From contig JBLDXI010000064.1 in NCBI GenBank assembly GCA_047495785.1, forward strand, positions 868,001-932,000: DNA of 64,000 bases, in the 5' to 3' direction. Under the pieces are notes generated by a model. The model was not told where the DNA came from and made no database searches. It saw only the letters and a list, made by a program, of their open reading frames with translations. This document shows positions 23,201 to 38,200 of this stretch, in pieces (within the stretch, counting starts at the first letter, position 1; each line of letters begins with the position of its first letter). Position numbers and translations under genes: made by a program. The stretch comes from Lepidodermella squamata. Taxonomy: Eukaryota > Animalia > Gastrotricha.

Positions 23201-26200
23201 CTGGCAGCGAAATATCGGTCATCCGAAATGTTAGCAAATCGCCTGCAAACGAGTTTGCCCGTGTTGCCACTATCAAATGAAGCAAGAATATGCGTGATTT
23301 GCCTGGGTTCAGCACGATTCCGCATAGCTGCGATGCGTACAAGGGTTGAAAACAGCGTTACAGCCTGTTTTGGCTGGCAGCGAAATATCGTTCATCCGAA
23401 ATGTTAGCGAATCGCCTGCAAACGAGTTTGCCCGTGTTGCCACTATCAAATGAAGCAAGAATATGCGTGATTTGCCTGGGTACAGCACGATTCCGCATAG
23501 CTGCGATGCGTACAAGGGTTGAAAACAGCGTTCCAGCCTGTTTGGGCTGGCAGCGAAATATCGGTCATCCGAAATGTTAGCGAATCGCCTGCAAACGAGT
23601 TTGCCCGTGTTGCCACTATCAAATGAAGCAAGAATATGCGTGATTTGCCTGGGTTCAGCACGATTCCGCATAGCTGCGATGCGTACAAGGGTTGAAAACA
23701 GCGTTCCAGCCTGTTTTGGCTGGCAGCGAAATATCGGTCATTCGAAATGTTAGCGAATCGCCTGCAAACGAGTTTGCCCGTGTTGCCATTATCAAATGAA
23801 GCAAGAATATGCGTGATTTACCTGGGTTCAGCACGATTCCGCATAGCTGCGATGCGTACAAGGGTTGGAAACAGCGTTCCAGCCTGTTTTGGCTGGCAGC
23901 GAAATATCGGTCATCCGAAATGTTAGCGAATCGCCTGCAAACGAGTTTGCCCGTGTTGCCACTATCAAATGAAGCAAGAATATGCGTGATTTGCCTGGGT
24001 ACAGCACGATTCCGCATAGCTGCGATGCGTACAAGGGTTGAAAACAGCGTTACAGCCTGTTTTGGCTGGCAGCGAAATATCGGTCATCCGAAATGTTAGC
24101 GAATCGCCTGCAAACGAGTTTGCCCGTGTTGCCACTATCAAATAAAGCAAGAATATGCGTGATTTGCCTGGGTACAGCACGATTCCGCATAGCTGCGATG
24201 CGTACAAGGGTTGGAAACAGCGTTACAGCCTGTTTGGGCTGGCAGCGAAATATCGGTCATCCGAAATGTTAGCGAATCGCCTGCAAACGTGTTTGCCCGT
24301 GTTGCCACTATCAAATGAAGCAAGAATATGCGTGATTTGCCTGGGTACAGCACGATTCTGCATAGCTGCGATGCGTACAAGGGTTGGAAACAGCGTTCCA
24401 GCCTGTTTTGGCTGGCAGCGAAATATCGGTCATCCGAAATGTTAGCGAATCGCCTGCAAACGAGTTTGCCCGTGTTGCCACTATCAAATGAAGCAAGAAT
24501 ATGCGTGATTTGCCTGGGTTCAGCACGATTCCGCATAGCTGCGATGCGTACAAGGGTTGAAAACAGCGTTACAGCCTGTTTTGGCTGGCAGCGAAATATC
24601 GGTCATCCGAAATGTTAGCGAATCGCCTGCAAACGAGTTTGCCCGTGTTGCCATTATCAAATGAAGCAAGAATATGCGTGATTTACCTGGGTTCAGCACG
24701 ATTCCGCATAGCTGCGATGCGTACAAGGGTTGGAAACAGCGTTCCAGCCTGTTTTGGCTGGCAGCGAAATATCGGTCATCCGAAATGTTAGCGAATCGCC
24801 TGCAAACGAGTTTGCCCGTGTTGCCACTATCAAATGAAGCAAGAATATGCGTGATTTGCCTGGGTACAGCACGATTCCGCATAGCTGCGATGCGTACAAG
24901 GGTTGGAAACAGCGTTACAGCCTGTTTTGGCTGGCAGCGAAATATCGGTCATCTGAAATGTTAGCGAATCGCCTGCAAACGAGTTTCCCCGTGTTGCCAC
25001 TATCAAATGAAGCAAGAATATGCGTGATTTGCCTGGGTTCAGCACGATTCCGCATAGCTGCGATGCGTACAAGGGTTGAAAACAGCGTTCCAGCCTGTTT
25101 TAGCTGGCAGCGAAATATCGGTCATCCGAAATGTTAGCGAATCGCCTGCAAACGTGTTTGCCCGTGTTGCCACTATCAAATGAAGCAAGAATATGCGTGA
25201 TTTGCCTGGGTTCAGCACGATTCCGCATAGCTGCGATGCGTACAAGGGTTGAAAACAGCGTTCCAGCCTGTTTTGGCTGGCAGCGAAATATCGGTCATCC
25301 GAAATGTTAGCGAATCGCCTGCAAACGTGTTTGCCCGTGTTGCCACTATCAAATGAAGCAAGAATATGCGTGATTTGCCTGGGTTCAGCACGATTCCGCA
25401 TAGCTGCGATGCGTACAAGGGTTTGAAACAGCGTTACAGCCTGTTTTGGCTGGCAGCGAAATATCGGTCATCCGAAATGTTAGCAAATCGCCTGCAAACG
25501 AGTTTGCCCGTGTTGCCACTATCAAATGAAGCAAGAATATGCGTGATTTGCCTGGGTACAGCACGATTCCGCATAGCTGCGATGCGTACAAGGGTTGAAA
25601 ACAGCGTTACAGCCTGTTTTGGCTGGCAGCGAAATATCGGTCATCCGAAATATTAGCGAATCGCCTGCAAACGAGTTTCCCCGTGTTGCCACTATCAAAT
25701 GAAGCAAGAATATGCGTGATTTGCCTGGGTTCAGCACGATTCCGCATAGCTGCGATGCGTACAAGGGTTGAAAACAGCGTTCCAGCCTGTTTTGGCTGGC
25801 AGCGAAATATCGGTCATCCGAAATGTTAGCGAATCGCCTGCAAACGAGTTTCCCCGTGTTGCCACTATCAAATGAAGCAAGAATATGCGTGATTTGCCTG
25901 GGTTCAGCACGATTCCGCATAGCTGCGATGCGTACAAGGGTTGAAAACAGCGTTCCAGCCTGTTTTGGCTGGCAGCGAAATATCGGTCATCTGAAATGTT
26001 AGCGAATCGCCTGCAAACGAGTTTCCCCGTGTTGCCACTATCAAATGAAGCAAGAATATGCGTGATTTGCCTGGGTTCAGCACGATTCCGCATAGCTGCG
26101 ATGCGTACAAGGGTTGAAAACAGCGTTCCAGCCTGTTTTGGCTGGCAGCGAAATATCGGTCATCCGAAATGTTAGCGAATCGCCTGCAAACGTGTTTGCC

Positions 26201-29200
26201 CGTGTTGCCACTATCAAATGAAGCAAGAATATGCGTGAATTGCCTGGGTTCAGCACGATTCCGCATAGCTGCGATGCGTACAAGGGTTGAAAACAGCGTT
26301 CCAGCCTGTTTTGGCTGGCAGCGAAATATCGGTCATCCGAAATGTTAGCAAATCGCCTGCAAACGAGTTTGCCCGTGTTGCCACTATCAAATGAAGCAAG
26401 AATATGCGTGATTTGCCTGGGTACAGCACGATTCCGCATAGCTGCGATGCGTACAAGGGTTGAAAACAGCGTTACAGCCTGTTTTGGCTGGCAGCGAAAT
26501 ATCGGTCATCCGAAATGTTAGCGAATCGCCTGCAAACGAGTTTCCCCGTGTTGCCACTATCAAATGAAGCAAGAATATGCGTGATTTGCCTGGGTACAGC
26601 ACGATTCCGCATAGCTGCGATGCGTACAAGGGTTGGAAACAGCGTTACAGCCTGTTTTGGCTGGCAGCGAAATATCGGTCATCTGAAATGTTAGCGAATC
26701 GCCTGCAAACGAGTTTCCCCGTGTTGCCACTATCAAATGAAGCAAGAATATGCGTGATTTGCCTGGGTTCAGCACGATTCCGCATAGCTGCGATGCGTAC
26801 AAGGGTTGAAAACAGCGTTCCAGCCTGTTTTAGCTGGCAGCGAAATATCGGTCATCCGAAATGTTAGCGAATCGCCTGCAAACGTGTTTGCCCGTGTTGC
26901 CACTATCAAATGAAGCAAGAATATGCGTGATTTGCCTGGGTTCAGCACGATTCCGCATAGCTGCGATGCGTACAAGGGTTGAAAACAGCGTTCCAGCCTG
27001 TTTTGGCTGGCAGCGAAATATCGGTCATCCGAAATGTTAGCGAATCGCCTGCAAACGTGTTTGCCCGTGTTGCCACTATCAAATGAAGCAAGAATATGCG
27101 TGATTTGCCTGGGTTCAGCACGATTCCGCATAGCTGCGATGCGTACAAGGGTTTGAAACAGCGTTACAGCCTGTTTTGGCTGGCAGCGAAATATCGGTCA
27201 TCCGAAATGTTAGCAAATCGCCTGCAAACGAGTTTGCCCGTGTTGCCACTATCAAATGAAGCAAGAATATGCGTGATTTGCCTGGGTACAGCACGATTCC
27301 GCATAGCTGCGATGCGTACAAGGGTTGAAAACAGCGTTACAGCCTGTTTTGGCTGGCAGCGAAATATCGGTCATCCGAAATATTAGCGAATCGCCTGCAA
27401 ACGAGTTTCCCCGTGTTGCCACTATCAAATGAAGCAAGAATATGCGTGATTTGCCTGGGTTCAGCACGATTCCGCATAGCTGCGATGCGTACAAGGGTTG
27501 AAAACAGCGTTCCAGCCTGTTTTGGCTGGCAGCGAAATATCGGTCATCCGAAATGTTAGCGAATCGCCTGCAAACGAGTTTCCCCGTGTTGCCACTATCA
27601 AATGAAGCAAGAATATGCGTGATTTGCCTGGGTTCAGCACGATTCCGCATAGCTGCGATGCGTACAAGGGTTGAAAACAGCGTTCCAGCCTGTTTTGGCT
27701 GGCAGCGAAATATCGGTCATCTGAAATGTTAGCGAATCGCCTGCAAACGAGTTTCCCCGTGTTGCCACTATCAAATGAAGCAAGAATATGCGTGATTTGC
27801 CTGGGTTCAGCACGATTCCGCATAGCTGCGATGCGTACAAGGGTTGAAAACAGCGTTCCAGCCTGTTTTGGCTGGCAGCGAAATATCGGTCATCCGAAAT
27901 GTTAGCGAATCGCCTGCAAACGTGTTTGCCCGTGTTGCCACTATCAAATGAAGCAAGAATATGCGTGAATTGCCTGGGTTCAGCACGATTCCGCATAGCT
28001 GCGATGCGTACAAGGGTTGAAAACAGCGTTCCAGCCTGTTTTGGCTGGCAGCGAAATATCGGTCATCCGAAATGTTAGCAAATCGCCTGCAAACGAGTTT
28101 GCCCGTGTTGCCACTATCAAATGAAGCAAGAATATGCGTGATTTGCCTGGGTACAGCACGATTCCGCATAGCTGCGATGCGTACAAGGGTTGAAAACAGC
28201 GTTACAGCCTGTTTTGGCTGGCAGCGAAATATCGGTCATCCGAAATGTTAGCGAATCGCCTGCAAACGAGTTTCCCCGTGTTGCCACTATCAAATGAAGC
28301 AAGAATATGCGTGATTTGCCTGGGTTCAGCACGATTCCGCATAGCTGCGATGCGTACAAGGGTTGAAAACAGCGTTCCAGCCTGTTTTGGCTGGCAGCGA
28401 AATATCGGTCATCCGAAATGTTAGCGAATCGCCTGCAAACGAGTTTGCCCGTGTTGCCACTATCAAATGAAGCAAGAATATGCGTGATTTGCCTGGGTTC
28501 AGCACGATTCCGCATAGCTGCGATGCGTACAAGGGTTGAAAACAGCGTTCCAGCCTGTTTTGGCTGGCAGCGAAATATCGGTCATCTGAAATGTTAGCGA
28601 ATCGCCTGCAAACGAGTTTCCCCGTGTTGCCACTATCAAATGAAGCAAGAATATGCGTGATTTGCCTGGGTTCAGCACGATTCCGCATAGCTGCGATGCG
28701 TACAAGGGTTGAAAACAGCGTTCCAGCCTGTTTTGGCTGGCAGCGAAATATCGGTCATCCGAAATGTTAGCGAATCGCCTGCAAACGTGTTTGCCCGTGT
28801 TGCCACTATCAAATGAAGCAAGAATATACGTGATTTATCTGGGTTCAGCACGATTCCGTATAGCTGCGATGCGTACATGGGTTGAAAACAGCGTTACAGC
28901 CTGTTTTGGCTGGCAGCGAAATATCGGTCATCTGAAATGTTAGCGAATCGCCTGCAAACGAGTTTCCCCGTGTTGCCACTATCAAATGAAGCAAGAATAT
29001 GCGTGATTTGCCTGGGTTCAGCACGATTCCGCATAGCTGCGATGCGTACAAGGGTTGAAAACAGCGTTCCAGCCTGTTTTGGCTGGCAGCGAAATATCGG
29101 TCATCCGAAATGTTAGCGAATCGCCTGCAAACGTGTTTGCCCGTGTTGCCACTATCAAATGAAGCAAGAATATACGTGATTTATCTGGGTTCAGCACGAT

Positions 29201-32200
29201 TCCGCATAGCTGCGATGCGTAAAAGGGTTTGAAACAGCGTTACAGCCTGTTTTGGCTGGCAGCGAAATATCGGTCATCTGAAATGTTAGCAAATCGCCTG
29301 CAAACGAGTTTGCCCGTGTTGCCACTATCAAATGAAGCAAGAATATGCGTGAATTGCCTGGGTACAGCACGATTCCGCATAGCTGCGATGCGTACAAGGG
29401 TTGAAAACAGCGTTACAGCCTGTTTTGGCTGGCAGCGAAATATCGGTCATCCGAAATATTAGCGAATCGCCTGCAAACGTGTTTGCCCGTGTTGCCACTA
29501 TCAAATGAAGCAAGAATATGCGTGATTTGCCTGGGTTCAGCACGATTCCGCATAGCTGCGATGCGTAAAAGGGTTTGAAACAGCGTTACAGCCTGTTTTG
29601 GCTGGCAGCGAAATATCGGTCATCCGAAATGTTAGCAAATCGCCTGCAAACGAGTTTGCCCGTGTTGCCACTATCAAATGAAGCAAGAATATGCGTGATT
29701 TGCCTGGGTACAGCACGATTCCGCATAGCTGCGATGCGTACAAGGGTTGAAAACAGCGTTACAGCCTGTTTTGGCTGGCAGTGAAATATCGGTCATCCGA
29801 AATATTAGCGAATCGCCTGCAAACGAGTTTCCCCGTGTTGCCACTATCAAATGAAGCAAGAATATGCGTGATTTGCCTGGGTTCAGCACGATTCCGCATA
29901 GCTGCGATGCGTACAAGGGTTGAAAACAGCGTTCCAGCCTGTTTTGGCTGGCAGCGAAATATCGGTCATCCGAAATGTTAGCGAATCGCCTGCAAACGAG
30001 TTTGCCCGTGTTGCCACTATCAAATGAAGCAAGAATATGCGTGATTTGCCTGGGTTCAGCACGATTCCGCATAGCTGCGATGCGTACAAGGGTTGAAAAC
30101 AGCGTTCCAGCCTGTTTTGGCTGGCAGCGAAATATCGGTCATCCGAAATGTTAGCAAATCGCCTGCAAACGAGTTTGCCCGTGTTGCCACTATCAAATGA
30201 AGCAAGAATATGCGTGATTTGCCTGGGTACAGCACGATTCCGCATAGCTGCGATGCGTACAAGGGTTGAAAACAGCGTTACAGCCTGTTTTGGCTGGCAG
30301 CGAAATATCGGTCATCCGAAATATTAGCGAATCGCCTGCAAACGAGTTTCCCCGTGTTGCCACTATCAAATGAAGCAAGAATATGCGTGATTTGCCTGGG
30401 TTCAGCACGATTCCGCATAGCTGCGATGCGTACAAGGGTTGAAAACAGCGTTCCAGCCTGTTTTGGCTGGCAGCGAAATATCGGTCATCCGAAATGTTAG
30501 CGAATCGCCTGCAAACGAGTTTGCCCGTGTTGCCACTATCAAATGAAGCAAGAATATGCGTGATTTGCCTGGGTTCAGCACGATTCCGCATAGCTGCGAT
30601 GCGTACAAGGGTTGAAAACAGCGTTCCAGCCTGTTTTGGCTGGCAGCGAAATATCGGTCATCCGAAATGTTAGCGAATCGCCTGCAAACGTGTTTGCCCG
30701 TGTTGCCACTATCAAATGAAGCAAGAATATGCGTGATTTATCTGGGTTCAGCACGATTCCGTATAGCTGCGATGCGTACAAGGGTTGAAAACAGCGTTAC
30801 AGCCTGTTTTGGCTGGCAGCGAAATATCGGTCATCCGAAATGTTAGCGAATCGCCTGCAAACGAGTTTCCCCGTGTTGCCACTATCAAATGAAGCAAGAA
30901 TATGCGTGATTTGCCTGGGTTCAGCACGATTCCGCATAGCTGCGATGCGTACAAGGGTTGAAAACAGCGTTCCAGCCTGTTTTGGCTGGCAGCGAAATAT
31001 CGGTCATCCGAAATGTTAGCGAATCGCCTGCAAACGTGTTTGCCCGTGTTGCCACTATCAAATGAAGCAAGAATATACGTGATTTATCTGGGTTCAGCAC
31101 GATTCCGTATAGCTGCGATGCGTACATGGGTTGAAAACAGGGTTACAGCCTGTTTTGGCTGGCAGCGAAATATCGGTCATCTGAAATGTTAGCGAATCGC
31201 CTGCAAACGAGTTTCCCCGTGTTGCCACTATCAAATGAAGCAAGAATATGCGTGATTTGCCTGGGTTCAGCACGATTCCGCATAGCTGCGATGCGTACAA
31301 GGGTTGAAAACAGCGTTCCAGCCTGTTTTGGCTGGCAGCGAAATATCGGTCATCCGAAATGTTAGCGAATCGCCTGCAAACGTGTTTGCCCGTGTTGCCA
31401 CTATCAAATGAAGCAAGAATATACGTGATTTATCTGGGTTCAGCACGATTCCGCATAGCTGCGATGCGTAAAAGGGTTTGAAACAGCGTTACAGCCTGTT
31501 TTGGCTGGCAGCGAAATATCGGTCATCTGAAATGTTAGCAAATCGCCTGCAAACGAGTTTGCCCGTGTTGCCACTATCAAATGAAGCAAGAATATGCGTG
31601 AATTGCCTGGGTACAGCACGATTCCGCATAGCTGCGATGCGTACAAGGGTTGAAAACAGCGTTACAGCCTGTTTTGGCTGGCAGCGAAATATCGGTCATC
31701 CGAAATATTAGCGAATCGCCTGCAAACGTGTTTGCCCGTGTTGCCACTATCAAATGAAGCAAGAATATGCGTGATTTGCCTGGGTTCAGCACGATTCCGC
31801 ATAGCTGCGATGCGTAAAAGGGTTTGAAACAGCGTTACAGCCTGTTTTGGCTGGCAGCGAAATATCGGTCATCCGAAATGTTAGCAAATCGCCTGCAAAC
31901 GAGTTTGCCCGTGTTGCCACTATCAAATGAAGCAAGAATATGCGTGATTTGCCTGGGTACAGCACGATTCCGCATAGCTGCGATGCGTACAAGGGTTGAA
32001 AACAGCGTTACAGCCTGTTTTGGCTGGCAGTGAAATATCGGTCATCCGAAATATTAGCGAATCGCCTGCAAACGAGTTTCCCCGTGTTGCCACTATCAAA
32101 TGAAGCAAGAATATGCGTGATTTGCCTGGGTTCAGCACGATTCCGCATAGCTGCGATGCGTACAAGGGTTGAAAACAGCGTTCCAGCCTGTTTTGGCTGG

Positions 32201-35200
32201 CAGCGAAATATCGGTCATCCGAAATGTTAGCGAATCGCCTGCAAACGAGTTTGCCCGTGTTGCCACTATCAAATGAAGCAAGAATATGCGTGATTTGCCT
32301 GGGTTCAGCACGATTCCGCATAGCTGCGATGCGTACAAGGGTTGAAAACAGCGTTCCAGCCTGTTTTGGCTGGCAGCGAAATATCGGTCATCCGAAATGT
32401 TAGCGAATCGCCTGCAAACGTGTTTGCCCGTGTTGCCACTATCAAATGAAGCAAGAATATGCGTGATTTATCTGGGTTCAGCACGATTCCGTATAGCTGC
32501 GATGCGTACAAGGGTTGAAAACAGCGTTACAGCCTGTTTTGGCTGGCAGCGAAATATCGGTCATCCGAAATGTTAGCGAATCGCCTGCAAACGAGTTTCC
32601 CCGTGTTGCCACTATCAAATGAAGCAAGAATATGCGTGATATGCCTGGGTTCAGCACGATTCCGCATAGCTGCGATGCGTACAAGGGTTGAAAACAGCGT
32701 TCCAGCCTGTTTTGGCTGGCAGCGAAATATCGGTCATCCGAAATGTTAGCGAATCGCCTGCAAACGTGTTTGCCCGTGTTGCCACTATCAAATGAAGCAA
32801 GAATATGCGTGATTTGCCTGGGTTCAGCACGATTCCGCATAGCTGCGATGCGTACAAGGGTTGAAAACAGCGTTCCAGCCTGTTTTGGCTGGCAGCGAAA
32901 TATCGGTCATCCGAAATGTTAGCGAATCGCCTGCAAACGAGTTTGCCCGTGTTGCCACTATCAAATGAAGCAAGAATATGCGTGAATTGCCTGGGTACAG
33001 CACGATTCCGCATAGCTGCGATGCGTACAAGGGTTGAAAACAGCGTTCCAGCCTGTTTTGGCTGGCAGCGAAATATCGGTCATCCGAAATGTTAGCGAAT
33101 CGCCTGCAAACGAGTTTGCCCGTGTTGCCACTATCAAATGAAGCAAGAATATGCGTGATTTGCCTGGGTTCAGCACGATTCCGCATAGCTGCGATGCGTA
33201 CAAGGGTTGAAAACAGCGTTCCAGCCTGTTTTGGCTGGCAGCGAAATATCGGTCATCCGAAATGTTGCGAATCGCCTGCAAACGAGTTTGCCCGTGTTGC
33301 CACTATCAAATGAAGCAAGAATATGCGTGATATGCCTGGGTTCAGCACGATTCCGCATAGCTGCGATGCGTACAAGGGTTGGAAACAGCGTTACAGCCTG
33401 TTTGGGCTGGCAGCGAAATATCGGTCATCCGAAATGTTAGCGAATCGCCTGCAAACGTGTTTGCCCGTGTTGCCACTATCAAATAAAGCAAGAATATGCG
33501 TGATTTGCCTGGGTTCAGCACGATTCCGCATAGCTGCGATGCGTACAAGGGTTGAAAACAGCGTTCCAGCCTGTTTTGGCTGGCAGCGAAATATCGGTCA
33601 TCCGAAATGTTAGCAAATCGCCTGCAAACGAGTTTCCCCGTGTTGCCACTATCAAATGAAGCAAGAATATGCGTGATTTGCCTGGGTTCAGCACGATTCC
33701 GCATAGCTGCGATGCGTACAAGGGTTGAAAACAGCGTTCCAGCCTGTTTTGGCTGGCAGCGAAATATCGGTCATCCGAAATGTTAGCGAATCGCCTGCAA
33801 ACGTGTTTGCCCGTGTTGCCACTATCAAATGAAGCAAGAATATGCGTGAATTGCCTGGGTTCAGCACGATTCCGCATAGCTGCGATGCGTACAAGGGTTG
33901 AAAACAGCGTTCCAGCCTGTATTGGCTGGCAGCGAAATATCGGTCATCCGAAATGTTAGCAAATCGCCTGCAAACGAGTTTGCCCGTGTTGCCACTATCA
34001 AATGAAGCAAGAATATGCGTGATTTGCCTGGGTACAGCACGATTCCGCATAGCTGCGATGCGTACAAGGGTTGAAAACAGCGTTACAGCCTGTTTTGGCT
34101 GGCAGCGAAATATCGGTCATCCGAAATGTTAGCGAATCGCCTGCAAACGAGTTTCCCCGTGTTGCCACTATCAAATGAAGCAAGAATATGCGTGATTTGC
34201 CTGGGTTCAGCACGATTCCGCATAGCTGCGATGCGTACAAGGGTTGAAAACAGCGTTCCAGCCTGTTTTGGCTGGCAGCGAAATATCGGTCATCCGAAAT
34301 GTTAGCGAATCGCCTGCAAACGAGTTTGCCCGTGTTGCCACTATCAAATGAAGCAAGAATATGCGTGATTTGCCTGGGTTCAGCACGATTCCGCATAGCT
34401 GCGATGCGTACAAGGGTGGAAAACAGCGTTCCAGCCTGTTTTGGCTGGCAGCGAAATATCGGTCATCTGAAATGTTAGCGAATCGCCTGCAAACGAGTTT
34501 CCCCGTGTTGCCACTATCAAATGAAGCAAGAATATGCGTGATTTGCCTGGGTTCAGCACGATTCCGCATAGCTGCGATGCGTACAAGGGTTGAAAACAGC
34601 GTTCCAGCCTGTTTTGGCTGGCAGCGAAATATCGGTCATCCGAAATGTTAGCGAATCGCCTGCAAACGTGTTTGCCCGTGTTGCCACTATCAAATGAAGC
34701 AAGAATATGCGTGATTTGCCTGGGTTCAGCACGATTCCGCATAGCTGCGATGCGTACAAGGGTTGAAAACAGCGTTCCAGCCTGTTTTGGCTGGCAGCGA
34801 AATATCGGTCATCCGAAATGTTAGCGAATCGCCTGCAAACGTGTTTGCCCGTGTTGCCACTATCAAATGAAGCAAGAATATGCGTGATTTGCCTGGGTTC
34901 AGCACGATTCCGCATAGCTGCGATGCGTACAAGGGTTTGAAACAGCGTTACAGCCTGTTTTGGCTGGCAGCGAAATATCGGTCATCCGAAATGTTAGCAA
35001 ATCGCCTGCAAACGAGTTTGCCCGTGTTGCCACTATCAAATGAAGCAAGAATATGCGTGATTTGCCTGGGTACAGCACGATTCCGCATAGCTGCGATGCG
35101 TACAAGGGTTGAAAACAGCGTTACAGCCTGTTTTGGCTGGCAGCGAAATATCGGTCATTCGAAATATTAGCGAATCGCCTGCAAACGTGTTTGCCCGTGT

Positions 35201-38200
35201 TGCCACTATCAAATGAAGCAAGAATATGCGTGATTTGCCTGGGTACAGCACGATTCCGCATAGCTGCGATGCGTACAAGGGTTGAAAACAGCGTTCCAGC
35301 CTGTTTTGGCTGGCAGCGAAATATCGGTCATCCGAAATGTTAGCGAATCGCCTGCAAACGAGTTTCCCCGTGTTGCCACTATCAAATGAAGCAAGAATAT
35401 GCGTGATTTGCCTGGGTTCAGCACGATTCCGCATAGCTGCGATGCGTACAAGGGTTGAAAACAGCGTTACAGCCTGTTTTGGCTGGCAGCGAAATATCGG
35501 TCATCCGAAATGTTAGCAAATCGCCTGCAAACGAGTTTCCCCGTGTTGCCACTATCAAATGAAGCAAGAATATGCGTGATTTGCCTGGGTTCAGCACGAT
35601 TCCGCATAGCTGCGATGCGTACAAGGGTTGAAAACAGCGTTCCAGCCTGTTTTGGCTGGCAGCGAAATATCGGTCATCCGAAATGTTAGCGAATCGCCTG
35701 CAAACGTGTTTGCCCGTGTTGCCACTATCAAATGAAGCAAGAATATGCGTGAATTGCCTGGGTTCAGCACGATTCCGCATAGCTGCGATGCGTACAAGGG
35801 TTGAAAACAGCGTTCCAGCCTGTTTTGGCTGGCAGCGAAATATCGGTCATCCGAAATGTTAGCAAATCGCCTGCAAACGAGTTTGCCCGTGTTGCCACTA
35901 TCAAATGAAGCAAGAATATGCGTGATTTGCCTGGGTACAGCACGATTCCGCATAGCTGCGATGCGTACAAGGGTTGAAAACAGCGTTACAGCCTGTTTTG
36001 GCTGGCAGCGAAATATCGGTCATCCGAAATGTTAGCGAATCGCCTGCAAACGAGTTTCCCCGTGTTGCCACTATCAAATGAAGCAAGAATATGCGTGATT
36101 TGCCTGGGTTCAGCACGATTCCGCATAGCTGCGATGCGTACAAGGGTTGAAAACAGCGTTCCAGCCTGTTTTGGCTGGCAGCGAAATATCGGTCATCCGA
36201 AATGTTAGCGAATCGCCTGCAAACGAGTTTGCCCGTGTTGCCACTATCAAATGAAGCAAGAATATGCGTGATTTGCCTGGGTTCAGCACGATTCCGCATA
36301 GCTGCGATGCGTACAAGGGTTGAAAACAGCGTTCCAGCCTGTTTTGGCTGGCAGCGAAATATCGGTCATCCGAAATGTTAGCAAATCGCCTGCAAACGAG
36401 TTTGCCCGTGTTGCCACTATCAAATGAAGCAAGAATATGCGTGATTTGCCTGGGTTCAGCACGATTCCGCATAGCTGCGATGCGTACAAGGGTTGAAAAC
36501 AGCGTTCCAGCCTGTTTTGGCTGGCAGCGAAATATCGGTCATCTGAAATGTTAACGAATCGCCTGCAAACGAGTTTGCCCGTGTTGCCACTATCAAATGA
36601 AGCAAGAATATGCGTGAATTGCCTGGGTACAGCACGATTCCGCATAGCTGCGATGCGTACAAGGGTTGAAAACAGCGTTCCAGCCTGTTTTGGCTGGCAG
36701 CGAAATATCGGTCATCCGAAATGTTAGCGAATCGCCTGCAAACGTGTTTGCCCGTGTTGCCACTATCAAATGAAGCAAGAATATGCGTGATTTGCCTGGG
36801 TTCAGCACGATTCCGCATAGCTGCGATGCGTACAAGGGTTTGAAACAGCGTTACAGCCTGTTTTGGCTGGCAGCGAAATATCGGTCATCCGAAATGTTAG
36901 CAAATCGCCTGCAAACGAGTTTGCCCGTGTTGCCACTATCAAATGAAGCAAGAATATGCGTGATTTGCCTGGGTACAGCACGATTCCGCATAGCTGCGAT
37001 GCGTACAAGGGTTGAAAACAGCGTTACAGCCTGTTTTGGCTGGCAGCGAAATATCGGTCATCCGAAATATTAGCGAATCGCCTGCAAACGAGTTTCCCCG
37101 TGTTGCCACTATCAAATGAAGCAAGAATATGCGTGATTTGCCTGGGTTCAGCACGATTCCGCATAGCTGCGATGCGTACAAGGGTTGAAAACAGCGTTCC
37201 AGCCTGTTTTGGCTGGCAGCGAAATATCGGTCATCCGAAATGTTAGCGAATCGCCTGCAAACGAGTTTCCCCGTGTTGCCACTATCAAATGAAGCAAGAA
37301 TATGCGTGATTTGCCTGGGTTCAGCACGATTCCGCATAGCTGCGATGCGTACAAGGGTTGAAAACAGCGTTCCAGCCTGTTTTGGCTGGCAGCGAAATAT
37401 CGGTCATCCGAAATGTTAACGAATCGCCTGCAAACGAGTTTGCCCGTGTTGCCACTATCAAATGAAGCAAGAATATGCGTGAATTGCCTGGGTTCAGCAC
37501 GATTCCGCATAGCTGCGATGCGTACAAGGGTTGAAAACAGCGTTCCAGCCTGTTTTGGCTGGCAGCGAAATATCGGTCATCCGAAATGTTAGCGAATCGC
37601 CTGCAAACGAGTTTGCCCGTGTTGCCACTATCAAATGAAGCAAGAATATGCGTGATTTGCCTGGGTACAGCACGATTCCGTATAGCTGCGATGCGTACAA
37701 GGGTTGAAAACAGCGTTACAGCCTGTTTTGGCTGGCAGCGAAATATCGGTCATCCGAAATGTTAGCGAATCGCCTGCAAACGAGTTTCCCCGTGTTGCCA
37801 CTATCAAATGAAGCAAGAATATGCGTGATTTGCCTGGGTTCAGCACGATTCCGCAAAGCTGCGATGCGTACAAGGGTTGAAAATAGCGTTCCAGCCTGTT
37901 TTGGCTGGCAGCGAAATATCGGTCATCCGAAATGTTAGCGAATCGCCTGCAAACGAGTTTCCCCGTGTTGCCACTATCAAATGAAGCAAGAATATGCGTG
38001 ATTTGCCTGGGTTCAGCACGATTCCGCAAAGCTGCGATGCGTACAAGGGTTGAAAATAGCGTTCCAGCCTGTTTTGGCTGGCAGCGAAATATCGGTCATC
38101 CGAAATGTTAGCGAATCGCCTGCAAACGTGTTTGCCCGTGTTGCCACTATCAAATGAAGCAAGAATATGCGTGATTTATCTGGGTTCAGCACGATTCCGT